From Capnocytophaga leadbetteri (GTDB taxonomy: Bacteria > Bacteroidota > Bacteroidia > Flavobacteriales > Flavobacteriaceae), in NCBI RefSeq assembly GCF_938018165.1, contig NZ_CALIIH010000010.1: a DNA stretch of 64,000 nucleotides. One strand, 5' to 3'. Position numbers and translations under genes: made by a program. Below the pieces are notes generated by a model. It did not search any database. It saw nothing but the letters and a program-made list of their open reading frames with translations, and had not been told where the DNA came from. Numbering within the stretch: position 1 is the stretch's first letter; each line of letters begins with the position of its first letter. This document shows, one piece after another, positions 38,686 to 48,632 of this stretch.

Positions 38686-40779
38686 ATGAAAAATATATCA
38701 GTAGCCTTATTTTTACTATTTATTTCATTTGCTTCTTGCAGTTTTACAAGCAAGAAGTTCGATAATCCTGACAAGGATAAAGATAGAGTACTGCTTGAAA
38801 TAGTAGAGCACGTAATGATTAATGCGCATTTTAGTCCTGTTGATATGGATGATGCTTTCTCTAAGAAAGTATTTGAGAGCTATATAAAAAGTTTAGACGG
38901 ACAAAAGCGCTATTTTTTGCAGTCAGATATCAATGAATTCAAAAAATATGAAACCCTTTTAGATGATAATCTTAAAAAGGGAGACATTAGTTTCTTCAAC
39001 CTATCATACGAGCGACTTAAACAGCGTATGAAAGAAGCTGAAGAGATAAATAAAACCATCTTTGCAAAGCCTATTGACTTTAACTCAAATGATAAAATCA
39101 ACACGGATTATGAGCATTTGCCTTTTGTAAAAAATAAAGCCGAGTTACAGCAACGTTGGAAACAAATTATCATTTTTTCAACTCTTTCTACTTACTTAAC
39201 TAAACAAAAAGAAGAGGCTTCTAAAAAGGAAAAAGACGCTAAATATCAATCTAAAGGAGATGATGTCCTCAAAAAAGAATCAGTAGAAGCTACACAAAAA
39301 ACTCTTTCGGATATGTTTGGTATCTATAACGAGCTGACACGCGAAGAATGGTTTAGTCTTTTTGTAAATGCTATCACTGAAACTTTCGACCCTCACTCTA
39401 ACTATATGGCTCCTGATGTAAAAGAAGGATTTGACCGAGATATGTCGGGTAAATTTGAAGGAATAGGAGCTCAATTACAAAAGAAGACGGATGGTATCAG
39501 CATCACTGACGTAATTTTAGGCGGTCCTGTATGGAAAGGGAAACTTTTAGAAGTAGGCGATATGATACTAAAAGTAGGACAAGGAACTCAAGAGCCTGTA
39601 GATGTAGTAGGTATGCGCTTAGATGACGCTGTAAAGCTCATAAAAGGCCCTAAAGGCACTGAAGTACGCCTAACTGTAAAACGTGTAGACGGTACTATAG
39701 AAGTAGTACCTATCATCAGAGATGTGGTAGAGATTGAAGAAACTTATGCTAAATCGGTAGTAATACTCTCTAACGGAAAACGTTACGGACTTATCTACTT
39801 ACCTAAATTTTACATTAACTTTGAAGATACTAACCAGCGCAATGCTGCTACCGATGTAGCCCTTGAGATTGAAAAACTAAAGAAAGAAAACATTGATGGT
39901 CTTATCGTCGATCTTAGAAGTAACGGAGGGGGCTCACTAAAAACAGTTGTAGATATAGGAGGACTTTTCATTCCAAAAGGGCCTATAGTACAAGTAAAAT
40001 CGTCAAGAGGTAGCAGAGATGTCCTTTCAGATAACGACCCTAAAACTCAGTGGGATGGCTCTCTTGTTATACTTACTAATGAACTATCAGCTTCAGCTTC
40101 AGAGATTTTAGCGGCTGCTATGCAAGACTACAAGCGTGCTATCATTATAGGGGGTAAGCAGACTTTTGGTAAAGGTACTGTACAAAGTTTCGTAGATCTA
40201 AACGGATTCTTGCGCCAAAATGACTACGGCGACCTTGGTGCCCTCAAAATAACTATTCAGAAGTTCTACCGTATTAACGGAGGGTCTACTCAGCTAAAAG
40301 GAGTAGAAAGCGATATCGTAGTACCTGACAAATACAAATATATAGATATAGGCGAGCGAGATATGCCTAACGCTATGTCTTGGGATAAGATTGAGCCTGC
40401 TAAATATACTCCTTGGAGTAACAATGCTAATTTTGACAAGGCAATTGCTAACAGTCAGAAACGTATTAGTGAAAATCAATATTTAAAATTGATTGATGAA
40501 AATGCCCAATGGATTAAGCAACAGCAAAAAGATAATATATTCCCTCTCAACTATGAGGCTTATAAAAGTTTGATAGACAAGAATGAAGAGCAAGCTAAGA
40601 AGTTTAAAGCTATAGCTGATTATAAATCAGAGCTTAAGTTTGCTTCTACAGCTTCTGATGAAGCTAAAGTGAAAGGTAATGAAGACCTTAAACTACGCCG
40701 CGATCGTTGGCATGAAAACTTACAAAAAGACGTTTATATAGACGAAGCTGTGAAAGTACTTGAAGACTTAAACAAATAG
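38686..40779 (+). CDS. S41-family C-terminal processing (tail-specific) peptidase
   Basis: It has a signal peptide, a PDZ domain, the catalytic-Ser motif 'SASASEIL', and 'GKGTVQ'. Confidence 0.85.
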   Translation: MKNISVALFLLFISFASCSFTSKKFDNPDKDKDRVLLEIVEHVMINAHFSPVDMDDAFSKKVFESYIKSLDGQKRYFLQSDINEFKKYETLLDDNLKKGDISFFNLSYERLKQRMKEAEEINKTIFAKPIDFNSNDKINTDYEHLPFVKNKAELQQRWKQIIIFSTLSTYLTKQKEEASKKEKDAKYQSKGDDVLKKESVEATQKTLSDMFGIYNELTREEWFSLFVNAITETFDPHSNYMAPDVKEGFDRDMSGKFEGIGAQLQKKTDGISITDVILGGPVWKGKLLEVGDMILKVGQGTQEPVDVVGMRLDDAVKLIKGPKGTEVRLTVKRVDGTIEVVPIIRDVVEIEETYAKSVVILSNGKRYGLIYLPKFYINFEDTNQRNAATDVALEIEKLKKENIDGLIVDLRSNGGGSLKTVVDIGGLFIPKGPIVQVKSSRGSRDVLSDNDPKTQWDGSLVILTNELSASASEILAAAMQDYKRAIIIGGKQTFGKGTVQSFVDLNGFLRQNDYGDLGALKITIQKFYRINGGSTQLKGVESDIVVPDKYKYIDIGERDMPNAMSWDKIEPAKYTPWSNNANFDKAIANSQKRISENQYLKLIDENAQWIKQQQKDNIFPLNYEAYKSLIDKNEEQAKKFKAIADYKSELKFASTASDEAKVKGNEDLKLRRDRWHENLQKDVYIDEAVKVLEDLNK

Positions 40780-40866
40780 TCAATATAAATCAGAAAGAGA
40801 AAAACTTTGCTAAGGAAAAAATATCTTTAGCAAAGTTTTTTCTTTTGATATGTGTTAAAAAAGTTG

Positions 40867-40874
40867 TACCTTTG
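40867..40874 (+). promoter_or_regulatory. -7 box TACCTTTG
   Basis: 'gttgtacctttgcc' lies upstream of the TTG/ATG start region of the MscS gene. Confidence 0.45.
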
Positions 40875-40895
40875 CCACATCAATCTTTATAATTA

Positions 40896-42674
40896 TTGAT
40901 ATTTCACTTGAAAAGAATACTCTTCATATTATCTATATTTTGCTGTTTAAGCTCTCTATTTGCTCAAAGTGACAGCCTCTCTCAACAGGATATAAAGCGA
41001 GAATTAGAAGCTATTAAACTTATTCGATTAAAAGATTCTATAAAGATAGCTATCTTAATGAATGAGATTAAGGAGTTAGCGCATACTACTACCCAATCAC
41101 CTACCCCTACAAATACATCTGACTCTTTGGCTACTATCGAAAAGAAGCAAGAAATAGAAAGCCTACGCGAGAAGATACGAGGAAAGCCTATTGTTTTTCA
41201 GAAAGATACATTATTTTATCTATATACTTCATACGGCCCTTATGATATTGATACGCGAGTGAAATATATAGAAGATAAAATACAAACCTTGTATGACGAT
41301 CCTTTTTTCACCCCTGACTCAATTCAATTGAAGCCTTTAGGAGAGTACTTAAATATAATGTATAAGAAAAATAGTATTGTAGGCATTACAATGGTAGATG
41401 CTATGTGGGAGAATACTACTCAAGAAGATTTAGCCTCACGATATGCTAATGCCATTAAAAGTACTATTGTAAAATATAAAGAGCAAAACAGCCTGAAAAG
41501 TGTAATGATTCGCTTAGGAGAATTATTGCTTGTATTGCTCACTGCTTTTCTATTAGTATGGGGTATCAACCGATTATTTGAGTTCTTAAGAAAAGTAGCT
41601 ATCAACTCTGAACACCGCTTCTTAACAGGTATCCGTATCAAGAATTACGAGCTTATTAAGAAAAGAAAAATGGTAAAGGCACTACTTAAACTCCTTACTG
41701 TACTGCGAGTGGTTATTTTGCTTTTTTTATTCATCACTATTATACCTCTGATTCTTGACATTTTCCCTTCTACCCAATATTTATCAAAAATTATTATCAA
41801 GTGGATTAGTGAGCCTATAAGAGATATAGGTGTAGCTATTATCAATTATTTGCCGCACTTATTCAATATTATCATCATCATTATTATCACCCGTTACTTA
41901 CTCAAAGGGCTTCGTTTTTTTGCCTTAGAAATTGAGCGTGGTATCCTAAAAATAAAAGGCTTTCACCCCGAATGGGCTCGTACCACTTACAGCCTTATAC
42001 GCATAATGTTATGGGTTTTAGCTTTAGTAATTATATTTCCACGCTTACCAGGCTCTGACAGCGATGCTTTTAAAGGAATATCAGTATTCTTTGGGGTGCT
42101 TATTTCATTAGGTTCTTCCTCTTCTATTTCTAATGCCATAGCAGGTGTTGTCATTAGCTATATGCGTCCTTTTCAGGTAGGTGATTGGATAAAATCAGGA
42201 GAAATTATAGGGGTAGTAATAGAAAAAAATGCTTTAGTAACACGCCTTAAGACTATCAATAATGAAGATGTAACCATACCTAATTCGGCTATACTTAGTG
42301 GGGCTACTATGAACTTTTCTTCTATAGGCAAACAATATGGTTTAGCTTTAAATGTTAGAGTAAAAGTGCGCTATGATTATCCTGATAATCTAGTAGAAGA
42401 ACTACTCATTGAGTCAGCTCTGATGACTAATGGTATCTCTCCTACCCCTCACCCATACGTATTTCAGCTATCACTTGATGAACTCAATGCTTCTTATGAA
42501 CTTAACGCTTACACTTTTATCCCAGAGAATATGTATTTCATCAAATCTGATTTAGTAAAAAACATTCAAAATACCTTCAAACAAGCAAATATAGAAATAT
42601 TTTCTACTCAGTATATTGATATTCGAGAATTTAAAAAAGAAGAAAAAGCAAATAGTAAAGAGAATAAAAGATAG
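40896..42674 (+). CDS. Mechanosensitive channel MscS-family protein with a large N-terminal periplasmic domain
   Basis: It has a signal peptide, a central TM region, and the MscS beta-domain 'GDWIKSGEIIGVVIEKNALVTRLKT'. The start is non-ATG (TTG 40896, or TTG 40908 giving MKRILFIL...). Confidence 0.7.
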   Translation: MIFHLKRILFILSIFCCLSSLFAQSDSLSQQDIKRELEAIKLIRLKDSIKIAILMNEIKELAHTTTQSPTPTNTSDSLATIEKKQEIESLREKIRGKPIVFQKDTLFYLYTSYGPYDIDTRVKYIEDKIQTLYDDPFFTPDSIQLKPLGEYLNIMYKKNSIVGITMVDAMWENTTQEDLASRYANAIKSTIVKYKEQNSLKSVMIRLGELLLVLLTAFLLVWGINRLFEFLRKVAINSEHRFLTGIRIKNYELIKKRKMVKALLKLLTVLRVVILLFLFITIIPLILDIFPSTQYLSKIIIKWISEPIRDIGVAIINYLPHLFNIIIIIIITRYLLKGLRFFALEIERGILKIKGFHPEWARTTYSLIRIMLWVLALVIIFPRLPGSDSDAFKGISVFFGVLISLGSSSSISNAIAGVVISYMRPFQVGDWIKSGEIIGVVIEKNALVTRLKTINNEDVTIPNSAILSGATMNFSSIGKQYGLALNVRVKVRYDYPDNLVEELLIESALMTNGISPTPHPYVFQLSLDELNASYELNAYTFIPENMYFIKSDLVKNIQNTFKQANIEIFSTQYIDIREFKKEEKANSKENKR

Positions 42675-42680
42675 AATAGA

Positions 42681-43727
42681 ATGAAACAGCGATTAATTTT
42701 TATTGATGTAATAAGAGCATATGCTATCTGTATGATGCTTCAAGGGCATTTTATTACAGCTCTTTTAGGTGAACCTTATTGGGATGAATCGAATATTTAC
42801 TTCCATACTTGGCATTATTTTACAGGTATCACAGCTCCAGTATTTCTCACTATATCAGGCTTTATCTTCACCTACCTACTTATACGAGAAGGCGAGCGGA
42901 GTGGTGTAGGACTAAAAAACCCTCGTGTAAAAAAAGGAGCTAAACGAGGACTAATGCTTATAGGAGTAGCCTGTCTATTGCGCAAAGATATTTACTTTGT
43001 AGATATACTCCATTGTATTGGGCTAGCGCTCATTATTATGGTAGGTATATATCTATTAGCGCGAAAGCACGTCAGGCATCTGCTACCTATAATGCTTATT
43101 ACTACTACTCTTATCTTATTTACTTTCAATGAAACCTATAACAAATATGAGTATTCTTGGCTTCCTCAGATTGTAGCCAACTATTTCACACCTAAATACG
43201 GTACTTTCTTTACTATATTTCCATGGTTGGGTTTTGTAACTTTAGGAGGTTTTATGGGGTCTTTATTTTATTATTATCGCAATGCTAAATATCTATACCC
43301 CATATTTATAAGTTTACTTATTGTTTTTGGGGCAATCTTCCATTTTCAATATCATACCTTTCATTTTCTTTATTCAGTTACTGGCTGGCAGCATTTTGAG
43401 AATCTAGCACGCAATGGTTTCCTCTTTCTACGTATGGGCGATACTCTATGGACATTTGCTGTTTTTGTTATTCTACGTAATGTACTCACAGCCCAGTTTC
43501 TTCAACGTATAGGGCAAAATACGCTTTCTATTTATATCATTCATAGTATAGCTCTATACCATTTTATTCCAAGACTTAGCTTAGATTATTACTTCCATAA
43601 AAGCCTCAACCCTACTGAAGCTATAATCGGAGCTATTCTCTTTGTAATAGGAATTACTACTGCTTCATACTATTACCACAAAATATATAAATACGCAAAA
43701 GAAAAGTATTTTATAAAGGATAAATAA
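42681..43727 (+). CDS. DUF1624 / acyltransferase-3-like integral membrane protein
   Basis: 348 aa with about 10 TM helices. The N-terminal 'RLIFIDVIRAYAICMMLQGHF' pattern matches heparan-alpha-glucosaminide N-acetyltransferase-like proteins by recall. Confidence 0.45.
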   Translation: MKQRLIFIDVIRAYAICMMLQGHFITALLGEPYWDESNIYFHTWHYFTGITAPVFLTISGFIFTYLLIREGERSGVGLKNPRVKKGAKRGLMLIGVACLLRKDIYFVDILHCIGLALIIMVGIYLLARKHVRHLLPIMLITTTLILFTFNETYNKYEYSWLPQIVANYFTPKYGTFFTIFPWLGFVTLGGFMGSLFYYYRNAKYLYPIFISLLIVFGAIFHFQYHTFHFLYSVTGWQHFENLARNGFLFLRMGDTLWTFAVFVILRNVLTAQFLQRIGQNTLSIYIIHSIALYHFIPRLSLDYYFHKSLNPTEAIIGAILFVIGITTASYYYHKIYKYAKEKYFIKDK

Positions 43728-43764
43728 AGCCAATTCTTATAGAGGAATATTTCGAAGAAGAATA

Positions 43765-43805
43765 AAAAAATAAAGCCTACTAATTACTTAGTAGGCTTTA
43801 TTTTT
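43765..43805. terminator. Bidirectional rho-independent terminator (stem aaagcctact / agtaggcttt flanked by A- and T-runs)
   Basis: aaaaaaataaagcctactaattacttagtaggctttatttttg, between convergent genes. Confidence 0.8.
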
Positions 43806-43806
43806 G

Positions 43807-43879
43807 AGCGGGAGACGAGGTTCGAACTCGCGACATTCAGCTTGGAAGGCTGACGCTCTACCAACTGAGCTACTCCCGC
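43807..43879 (-). tRNA. tRNA-Gly (anticodon UCC), 73 nt, CCA not encoded
   Basis: I folded the reverse complement by hand: GCGGGAG-TA-GCTC-AGTTGGTA-GAGC-G-TCAGC-CTTCCAA-GCTGA-ATGTC-GCGAG-TTCGAAC-CTCGT-CTCCCGC-T. The acceptor is 7 bp. The T-loop TTCGAAC and the D-loop are canonical. Confidence 0.85.
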
Positions 43880-44027
43880 AATAAATATAGATGACAATAA
43901 GATTATTCCTTTTCAGCGGTGCAAATATACAGCTATTTTTCCATAACTTCCAAATTTATCACCTATTTTTTTACTAACTAATATCAATTTAACACAAAAG
44001 CAACTGATAATCAGTTGTTTTTAAATT

Positions 44028-44573
44028 CTATTTATTGTTAGCTAAATCTTTAAGTAACTTTGTCATTTCCCAAATTACTATTCCAGCACTTACTGAGACG
44101 TTTAAAGAATGTTTTGTACCATACTGAGGTATCTCTATCACTTCATCACTAAGGCTTACCACCTCTTGCGCTACTCCTTTCACTTCATTACCAAAAATCA
44201 CAGCATATTGCGTATGTGCTTTAGGCTGAAAATCATTAAGCATTACAGCCTTTTCAGCTTGCTCTATACTTATCACACACACATCTTCTGCTTTCAATCT
44301 CTCAACTACCTGTAGTGTATCTTCAGAGTACTCCCAAGCCACGCTATCTGTAGCCCCTAAGGCTGTTTTATGTATCTCTTTATTAGGAGGGGTAGCTGTA
44401 ATACCACATAGGTATATCTTCTCTACTAAAAAAGCGTCACAAGTGCGAAATACCGACCCTACATTATTAAGGCTCCTTACATTATCTAATATTACTATCA
44501 AAGGGGTTTTCTCAGCCTTTTTAAACTGCTCTATATCCAAACGATGAAGTTCACTATTTGCTAATTTTCGCAT
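44028..44573 (-). CDS. SpoU/TrmH-family RNA 2'-O-methyltransferase
   Basis: 181 aa with SPOUT motifs 'IVILDNVRSLNNVGSVFRTCDAF' and 'FGNEVKGV'. Confidence 0.75.
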   Translation of the reverse strand: MRKLANSELHRLDIEQFKKAEKTPLIVILDNVRSLNNVGSVFRTCDAFLVEKIYLCGITATPPNKEIHKTALGATDSVAWEYSEDTLQVVERLKAEDVCVISIEQAEKAVMLNDFQPKAHTQYAVIFGNEVKGVAQEVVSLSDEVIEIPQYGTKHSLNVSVSAGIVIWEMTKLLKDLANNK

Positions 44574-44575
44574 AT

Positions 44576-46777
44576 TTATAATCGGGTTACTTTATCTACC
44601 CCTTTCACATTTTTTATATCTAACATTAGTTTCTTAAGAGTGGCATTATTATTTATCGATATTGATACCTTGCCATTAAATACATTTCCTTCTGTATCTA
44701 TGTTTATATTGGTAAGTTTTACGAACTTGCTATCCAATATTACTTTTGAAATATCACTAATAAGCCCATCGCGGTCTATACCACTAATTCGCAAGCTCAC
44801 TTTAAAGTCTCGTTCATCTGATTTTACCCATTTAGCTGGAATAACCCTATAAGCGTAATTCGATTGCATTGATATAGCATTGGGGCACGTTTTCTTATGC
44901 ACTTTTACCCCTTCATTAATAGTTACAAAGCCAAATATAGGGTCACCAGGTATTGGGTTACAACATTTTGAGAAAGTATAGTCTAATGATTCTTCTTCTT
45001 TACCAAATACAATACTATCATAATGTACACCTTCTGTATAAGTAGGTTCTTCTACTGCCTTCTTTACTACTTTGCTCTTAAACAAACCGAAGAATGAGGT
45101 ACGATGCGAAGCAAAATCCTTAAGCATCTGGTTAGTAATCTCTCCTGTACCTGCCTGATAGTATATATCCAAACTAGTCTTAGTTTTGAAGTAATTAACC
45201 ATATCGTTCATCACTTCTTCTGTAAGATTAATTTTTAGCTGCTTAAGTTTGCGCAAGAGTATTTCTTTCCCTTCTGCTGCTACTGTTTTTGTCTCTTCCT
45301 TTAACGCATTTTTTATCTTGCTTCGCGCCTTCGAAGTAGTAGCGTAGTTCAACCAGTTTTTAGTAGGTTTAGCGTTCTCTGCTGTGATAATTTCTACCGT
45401 ATCACCGCTTTTTAGCACTTGGTTTAAAGGTACTAATTTATTATTTACCTTAGCGCCACGTGTTTTAAGTCCTACCCCTGTGTGAATTGAGAAAGCAAAA
45501 TCTATAGGAGTTGCTCCTTTAGGTAACGATTTTATCTCACCATTGGGAGTAAAAACAAATATTTCTTTAGAATAAAGGTTAAGTTTAAAATCTTCTACAA
45601 AATCTACCGCATTAGCTTCGCTGTTTTCAAATACCTCTTGCAAACGGTTAAGCCATACCTCTATCCCTTCCTCTTTTTGGTCGCCGTGTTTGTATTTGAA
45701 GTGCGCCGCATAGCCTTTTTCAGCTATTTCATGCATTCGTTCACTGCGTATCTGCACCTCTACCCATTTTCCCTTAGGTCCCATTACAGTAATATGAAGC
45801 GCCTCATAACCTGTTGATTTAGGGGAAGATATCCAATCTCTTAAACGGGTTGGATTAGGACGAAAGTGGTCTGTTACAATAGAATATATTTTCCAAGCGA
45901 GGAATTTCTCTTCTGAAGGTTCACTTTTGTAGATAATGCGGATAGCAAATTTATCATACACCTCCTCAAAGGTTACCCCTTGCGACTCCATTTTCCTATT
46001 GATAGAATAAATCGATTTAGGACGTCCTTTTATGTAGTAATCTATTTTCTGCTCATTAAGAGAGGTCTCTACTATTTTAGTAAAAGCATCAATATACGAC
46101 TGTTGCTCCTCTTTTGATTCTTCCATCTTACCGAGAATCATAAAGTAACGCTCAGGGTCTGTATATTTTAAAGCAAGATCTTCTAACTCTGTTTTGATGT
46201 TGTAGAGCCCTATGCGGTGAGCTATAGGGGCATAGATATAGAGTGTTTCTGAAGCTATCTTTGTCTGCTTATACTCAGCCATCGAGTCCATTGTCTGCAT
46301 ATTGTGCAGTCTATCAGCTATTTTGATGAGTATCACGCGTACATCATCGTTCATCGTAAGCAGTAGCTTCCTAAAATTCTCTGCTTGTAGCGAAATATCG
46401 TTCTCCCTACTCAAATGCGATATTTTAGTAAGCCCTGCCACTATATGGGCTATAGTTTTACCAAAAAGTTGCTCTATATCCTCATTGGTATATTCAGTAT
46501 CTTCTACCACATCGTGTAGTAAAGCCGCTGCTATAGACACAGCATCTAATCCTATGCGCTGTGCTACTATTTTAGCTACAGCTATAGGGTGAAATATATA
46601 AGGCTCTCCACTCTTACGGCGTTGGTTCTTATGAGCATTTACAGCGGTATCAAAAGCTAAACGAATGACTTTTTTATCTTCATCAGTTAGGGTTTGGTAG
46701 CTGATGCGCAAAAGCTCTTTGTACTCGCGAGCTATTGCTTTACTCTCTTCTTCGGTGTAATTAGCTGTTGTTTCCAT
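44576..46777 (-). CDS. Bifunctional (p)ppGpp synthetase/hydrolase RelA/SpoT (RSH)
   Basis: It has the HD domain (HDVVEDT), the synthetase domain, TGS, and a C-terminal ACT domain. Length is 733 aa. Confidence 0.9.
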   Translation of the reverse strand: METTANYTEEESKAIAREYKELLRISYQTLTDEDKKVIRLAFDTAVNAHKNQRRKSGEPYIFHPIAVAKIVAQRIGLDAVSIAAALLHDVVEDTEYTNEDIEQLFGKTIAHIVAGLTKISHLSRENDISLQAENFRKLLLTMNDDVRVILIKIADRLHNMQTMDSMAEYKQTKIASETLYIYAPIAHRIGLYNIKTELEDLALKYTDPERYFMILGKMEESKEEQQSYIDAFTKIVETSLNEQKIDYYIKGRPKSIYSINRKMESQGVTFEEVYDKFAIRIIYKSEPSEEKFLAWKIYSIVTDHFRPNPTRLRDWISSPKSTGYEALHITVMGPKGKWVEVQIRSERMHEIAEKGYAAHFKYKHGDQKEEGIEVWLNRLQEVFENSEANAVDFVEDFKLNLYSKEIFVFTPNGEIKSLPKGATPIDFAFSIHTGVGLKTRGAKVNNKLVPLNQVLKSGDTVEIITAENAKPTKNWLNYATTSKARSKIKNALKEETKTVAAEGKEILLRKLKQLKINLTEEVMNDMVNYFKTKTSLDIYYQAGTGEITNQMLKDFASHRTSFFGLFKSKVVKKAVEEPTYTEGVHYDSIVFGKEEESLDYTFSKCCNPIPGDPIFGFVTINEGVKVHKKTCPNAISMQSNYAYRVIPAKWVKSDERDFKVSLRISGIDRDGLISDISKVILDSKFVKLTNINIDTEGNVFNGKVSISINNNATLKKLMLDIKNVKGVDKVTRL

Positions 46778-46801
46778 TGTAATTGGGGTTTATGATGTTT
46801 T

Positions 46802-47578
46802 CTATTTTATGGTAGATGATAGTTTGCGCAGCTTGATAGCCGTCAGTACTTTTTTGGTATATAAAGGAAAATCAGCATTCAATAGCCAACCAAAATATCC
46901 TGGTTCATTCACAAAAATATCCTCTACTTTGCTACCTTTGTGTTTTCCAAAAGTAAATATTTCCTCTCCTTGGCTGTTATAGCCTATAAATCCAGCAAAA
47001 TCAGCTATTTGTTTTCGGTAGGTAAACTCACTTAGCTTTTTGATGTTATTCTCTAAGTCTTCATACTTATCCAGCTGGGCTTTCAGTATTTCATAGGTAG
47101 CATTAGTATCAGCAGTAGCAGTATGTGCCTCAAGCAGGTCTTTACCGCAGTAGAATTTATAAGCTGCCGACAAGGTGCGCTGTTCCATTTTATGAAATAT
47201 CGTTTGTACATCTACCGTCACACGATTGCCAAGGTCAAAATCTACTCCTGCACGTAGCATCTCTTCTGCTAGTAACGGAATATCAAACCGGTCTGAATTA
47301 TAACCTGCTAAGTCTGAATCCTTTATCATATTGTGTATTTGCTTAGCCAATTCTTTAAAAGTAGGCTCATTAGCTACTTTCTCATCAGTGATGCCGTGTA
47401 CTGCCGAAGCCATTGCAGGAATAGGAATCGTAGGATTTACCAACCACGTTTTGCTTTCTTTATTACCATTAGGATATACTTTCAATATCGAAATTTCTAC
47501 AATACGGTCTTTAGTAATGTCAATGCCTGTTGTTTCTAGATCGAAAAAACAGATAGGTTTTGATAATTTTAGTTCCAC
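46802..47578 (-). CDS. DEDD-family 3'-5' exonuclease (DnaQ/epsilon-like)
   Basis: Exo I 'FFDLETTG', Exo II 'GYNSDRFD' and Exo III 'HTATADT' are all present. Confidence 0.75.
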   Translation of the reverse strand: MELKLSKPICFFDLETTGIDITKDRIVEISILKVYPNGNKESKTWLVNPTIPIPAMASAVHGITDEKVANEPTFKELAKQIHNMIKDSDLAGYNSDRFDIPLLAEEMLRAGVDFDLGNRVTVDVQTIFHKMEQRTLSAAYKFYCGKDLLEAHTATADTNATYEILKAQLDKYEDLENNIKKLSEFTYRKQIADFAGFIGYNSQGEEIFTFGKHKGSKVEDIFVNEPGYFGWLLNADFPLYTKKVLTAIKLRKLSSTIK

Positions 47579-47606
47579 AGTATTTTGTTCAGTGTTTAAG
47601 GTTGTT

Positions 47607-47894
47607 TTATTCTTCTATTTCAGCAGAAAGCCCAGCATCTAAAAGAGCCATGCAAAGAGGCTTCAGATAGTCATAACTACCAGTTTTCACATCGCATTTC
47701 CCTTTGAAATGAACGATAATAGCACATTGCTCGGCCTGTTCAAAAGTATGACCGCACACCTGCACAAGAGTATCAATTACGTAGTCAAACGTATTGTAAT
47801 CATCATTGTATAAGATGATACGGCACTCCTCATCTTGTAGTTCAAGTACATCGGTTTCGGCTAATGTTTCTTCTAAATGACTGATAAACGGCAT
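47607..47894 (-). CDS. clpS: ATP-dependent Clp protease adaptor ClpS
   Basis: 95 aa. 'ILYNDDYNTFDYVIDTL' is the ClpS core motif. Confidence 0.85.
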   Translation of the reverse strand: MPFISHLEETLAETDVLELQDEECRIILYNDDYNTFDYVIDTLVQVCGHTFEQAEQCAIIVHFKGKCDVKTGSYDYLKPLCMALLDAGLSAEIEE

Positions 47895-47908
47895 AATACT
47901 AATCTTTT

Positions 47909-48565
47909 TTAGGTTTTTGTCACCCTATCTATCACATTCTCTCTCGAGAGAATTATCAGCAAGTCATCTTTATTAAGCTTAATGTTGGGGTCAGGGGTGA
48001 CGTTCATTTTCCCATCAGAATGCTTTACTGCCAATATATTTATCTCGTACTTATGCCGTAGGTTCAGCTCCATTAGTGATTTTCCTACATACGTTTTCGG
48101 CACTTTCACCTCGTAAATAAAATAATCTTCTGCAAATTTGAAATAGTCAATAATAGTAGGTCTCAAAACCGAGTAAGCTACCTTCTCTCCCATTGATTCC
48201 TCTGGGAAAATCACTTGGGTAGCTCCTATCTTATAGAGTACCTTTTCTTGGGTGTGATTTACTGCTTTACAAATGATATTTTTCACTCCCAATTCTTTGA
48301 GTTGCAGGGTGATAAGGATACTTGCTTGTATATTATCGCCTACACTCACAAAGGCAGTATCAAAGTCATCGCGTACTACCTTTTTTAAAGCGATTTCATC
48401 AGTAGCGTCTAATATTATCGCCTCTTCTATAATTCCTTCGTTAAGGGCTTGCTTTATCAGGTTTTCTCTTGTATCTATCACCAGTACAGTAGCCTTGTTG
48501 CGATACAGCGTCTTAGCCACCGATTTACCAAACTCTCCCAAACCTATCACTAAAAAATTCTTCAT
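47909..48565 (-). CDS. ktrA: TrkA/KtrA-family K+ uptake regulatory subunit (RCK N and C domains)
   Basis: The Rossmann motif is 'VIGLGEFGKSVA'. Length is 218 aa. It sits adjacent to a TrkH-family gene. Confidence 0.8.
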   Translation of the reverse strand: MKNFLVIGLGEFGKSVAKTLYRNKATVLVIDTRENLIKQALNEGIIEEAIILDATDEIALKKVVRDDFDTAFVSVGDNIQASILITLQLKELGVKNIICKAVNHTQEKVLYKIGATQVIFPEESMGEKVAYSVLRPTIIDYFKFAEDYFIYEVKVPKTYVGKSLMELNLRHKYEINILAVKHSDGKMNVTPDPNIKLNKDDLLIILSRENVIDRVTKT

Positions 48566-48586
48566 ATTTGTTAATCCTTAGCACAT

Positions 48587-48632
48587 TGATAATTGACAAA
48601 TCAGCAAATTGACAAATCGCCTCATTATCCTA
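48587..48632. repeat. Mini-repeat cluster 'attgacaaatcagcaaattgacaaatcgcc' in the ktrB-ktrA intergenic spacer
   Basis: TTGACAAAT-family units, read directly. Confidence 0.7.

Noticed and set aside
43807-43879. Possibility that the tRNA marks an integration site (attB) for the nearby genes
   Set aside because: I see no integrase, no flanking direct repeat of the tRNA 3' end, and no compositional shift around it. The neighbours are ordinary core genes (TrmH, RelA/SpoT).
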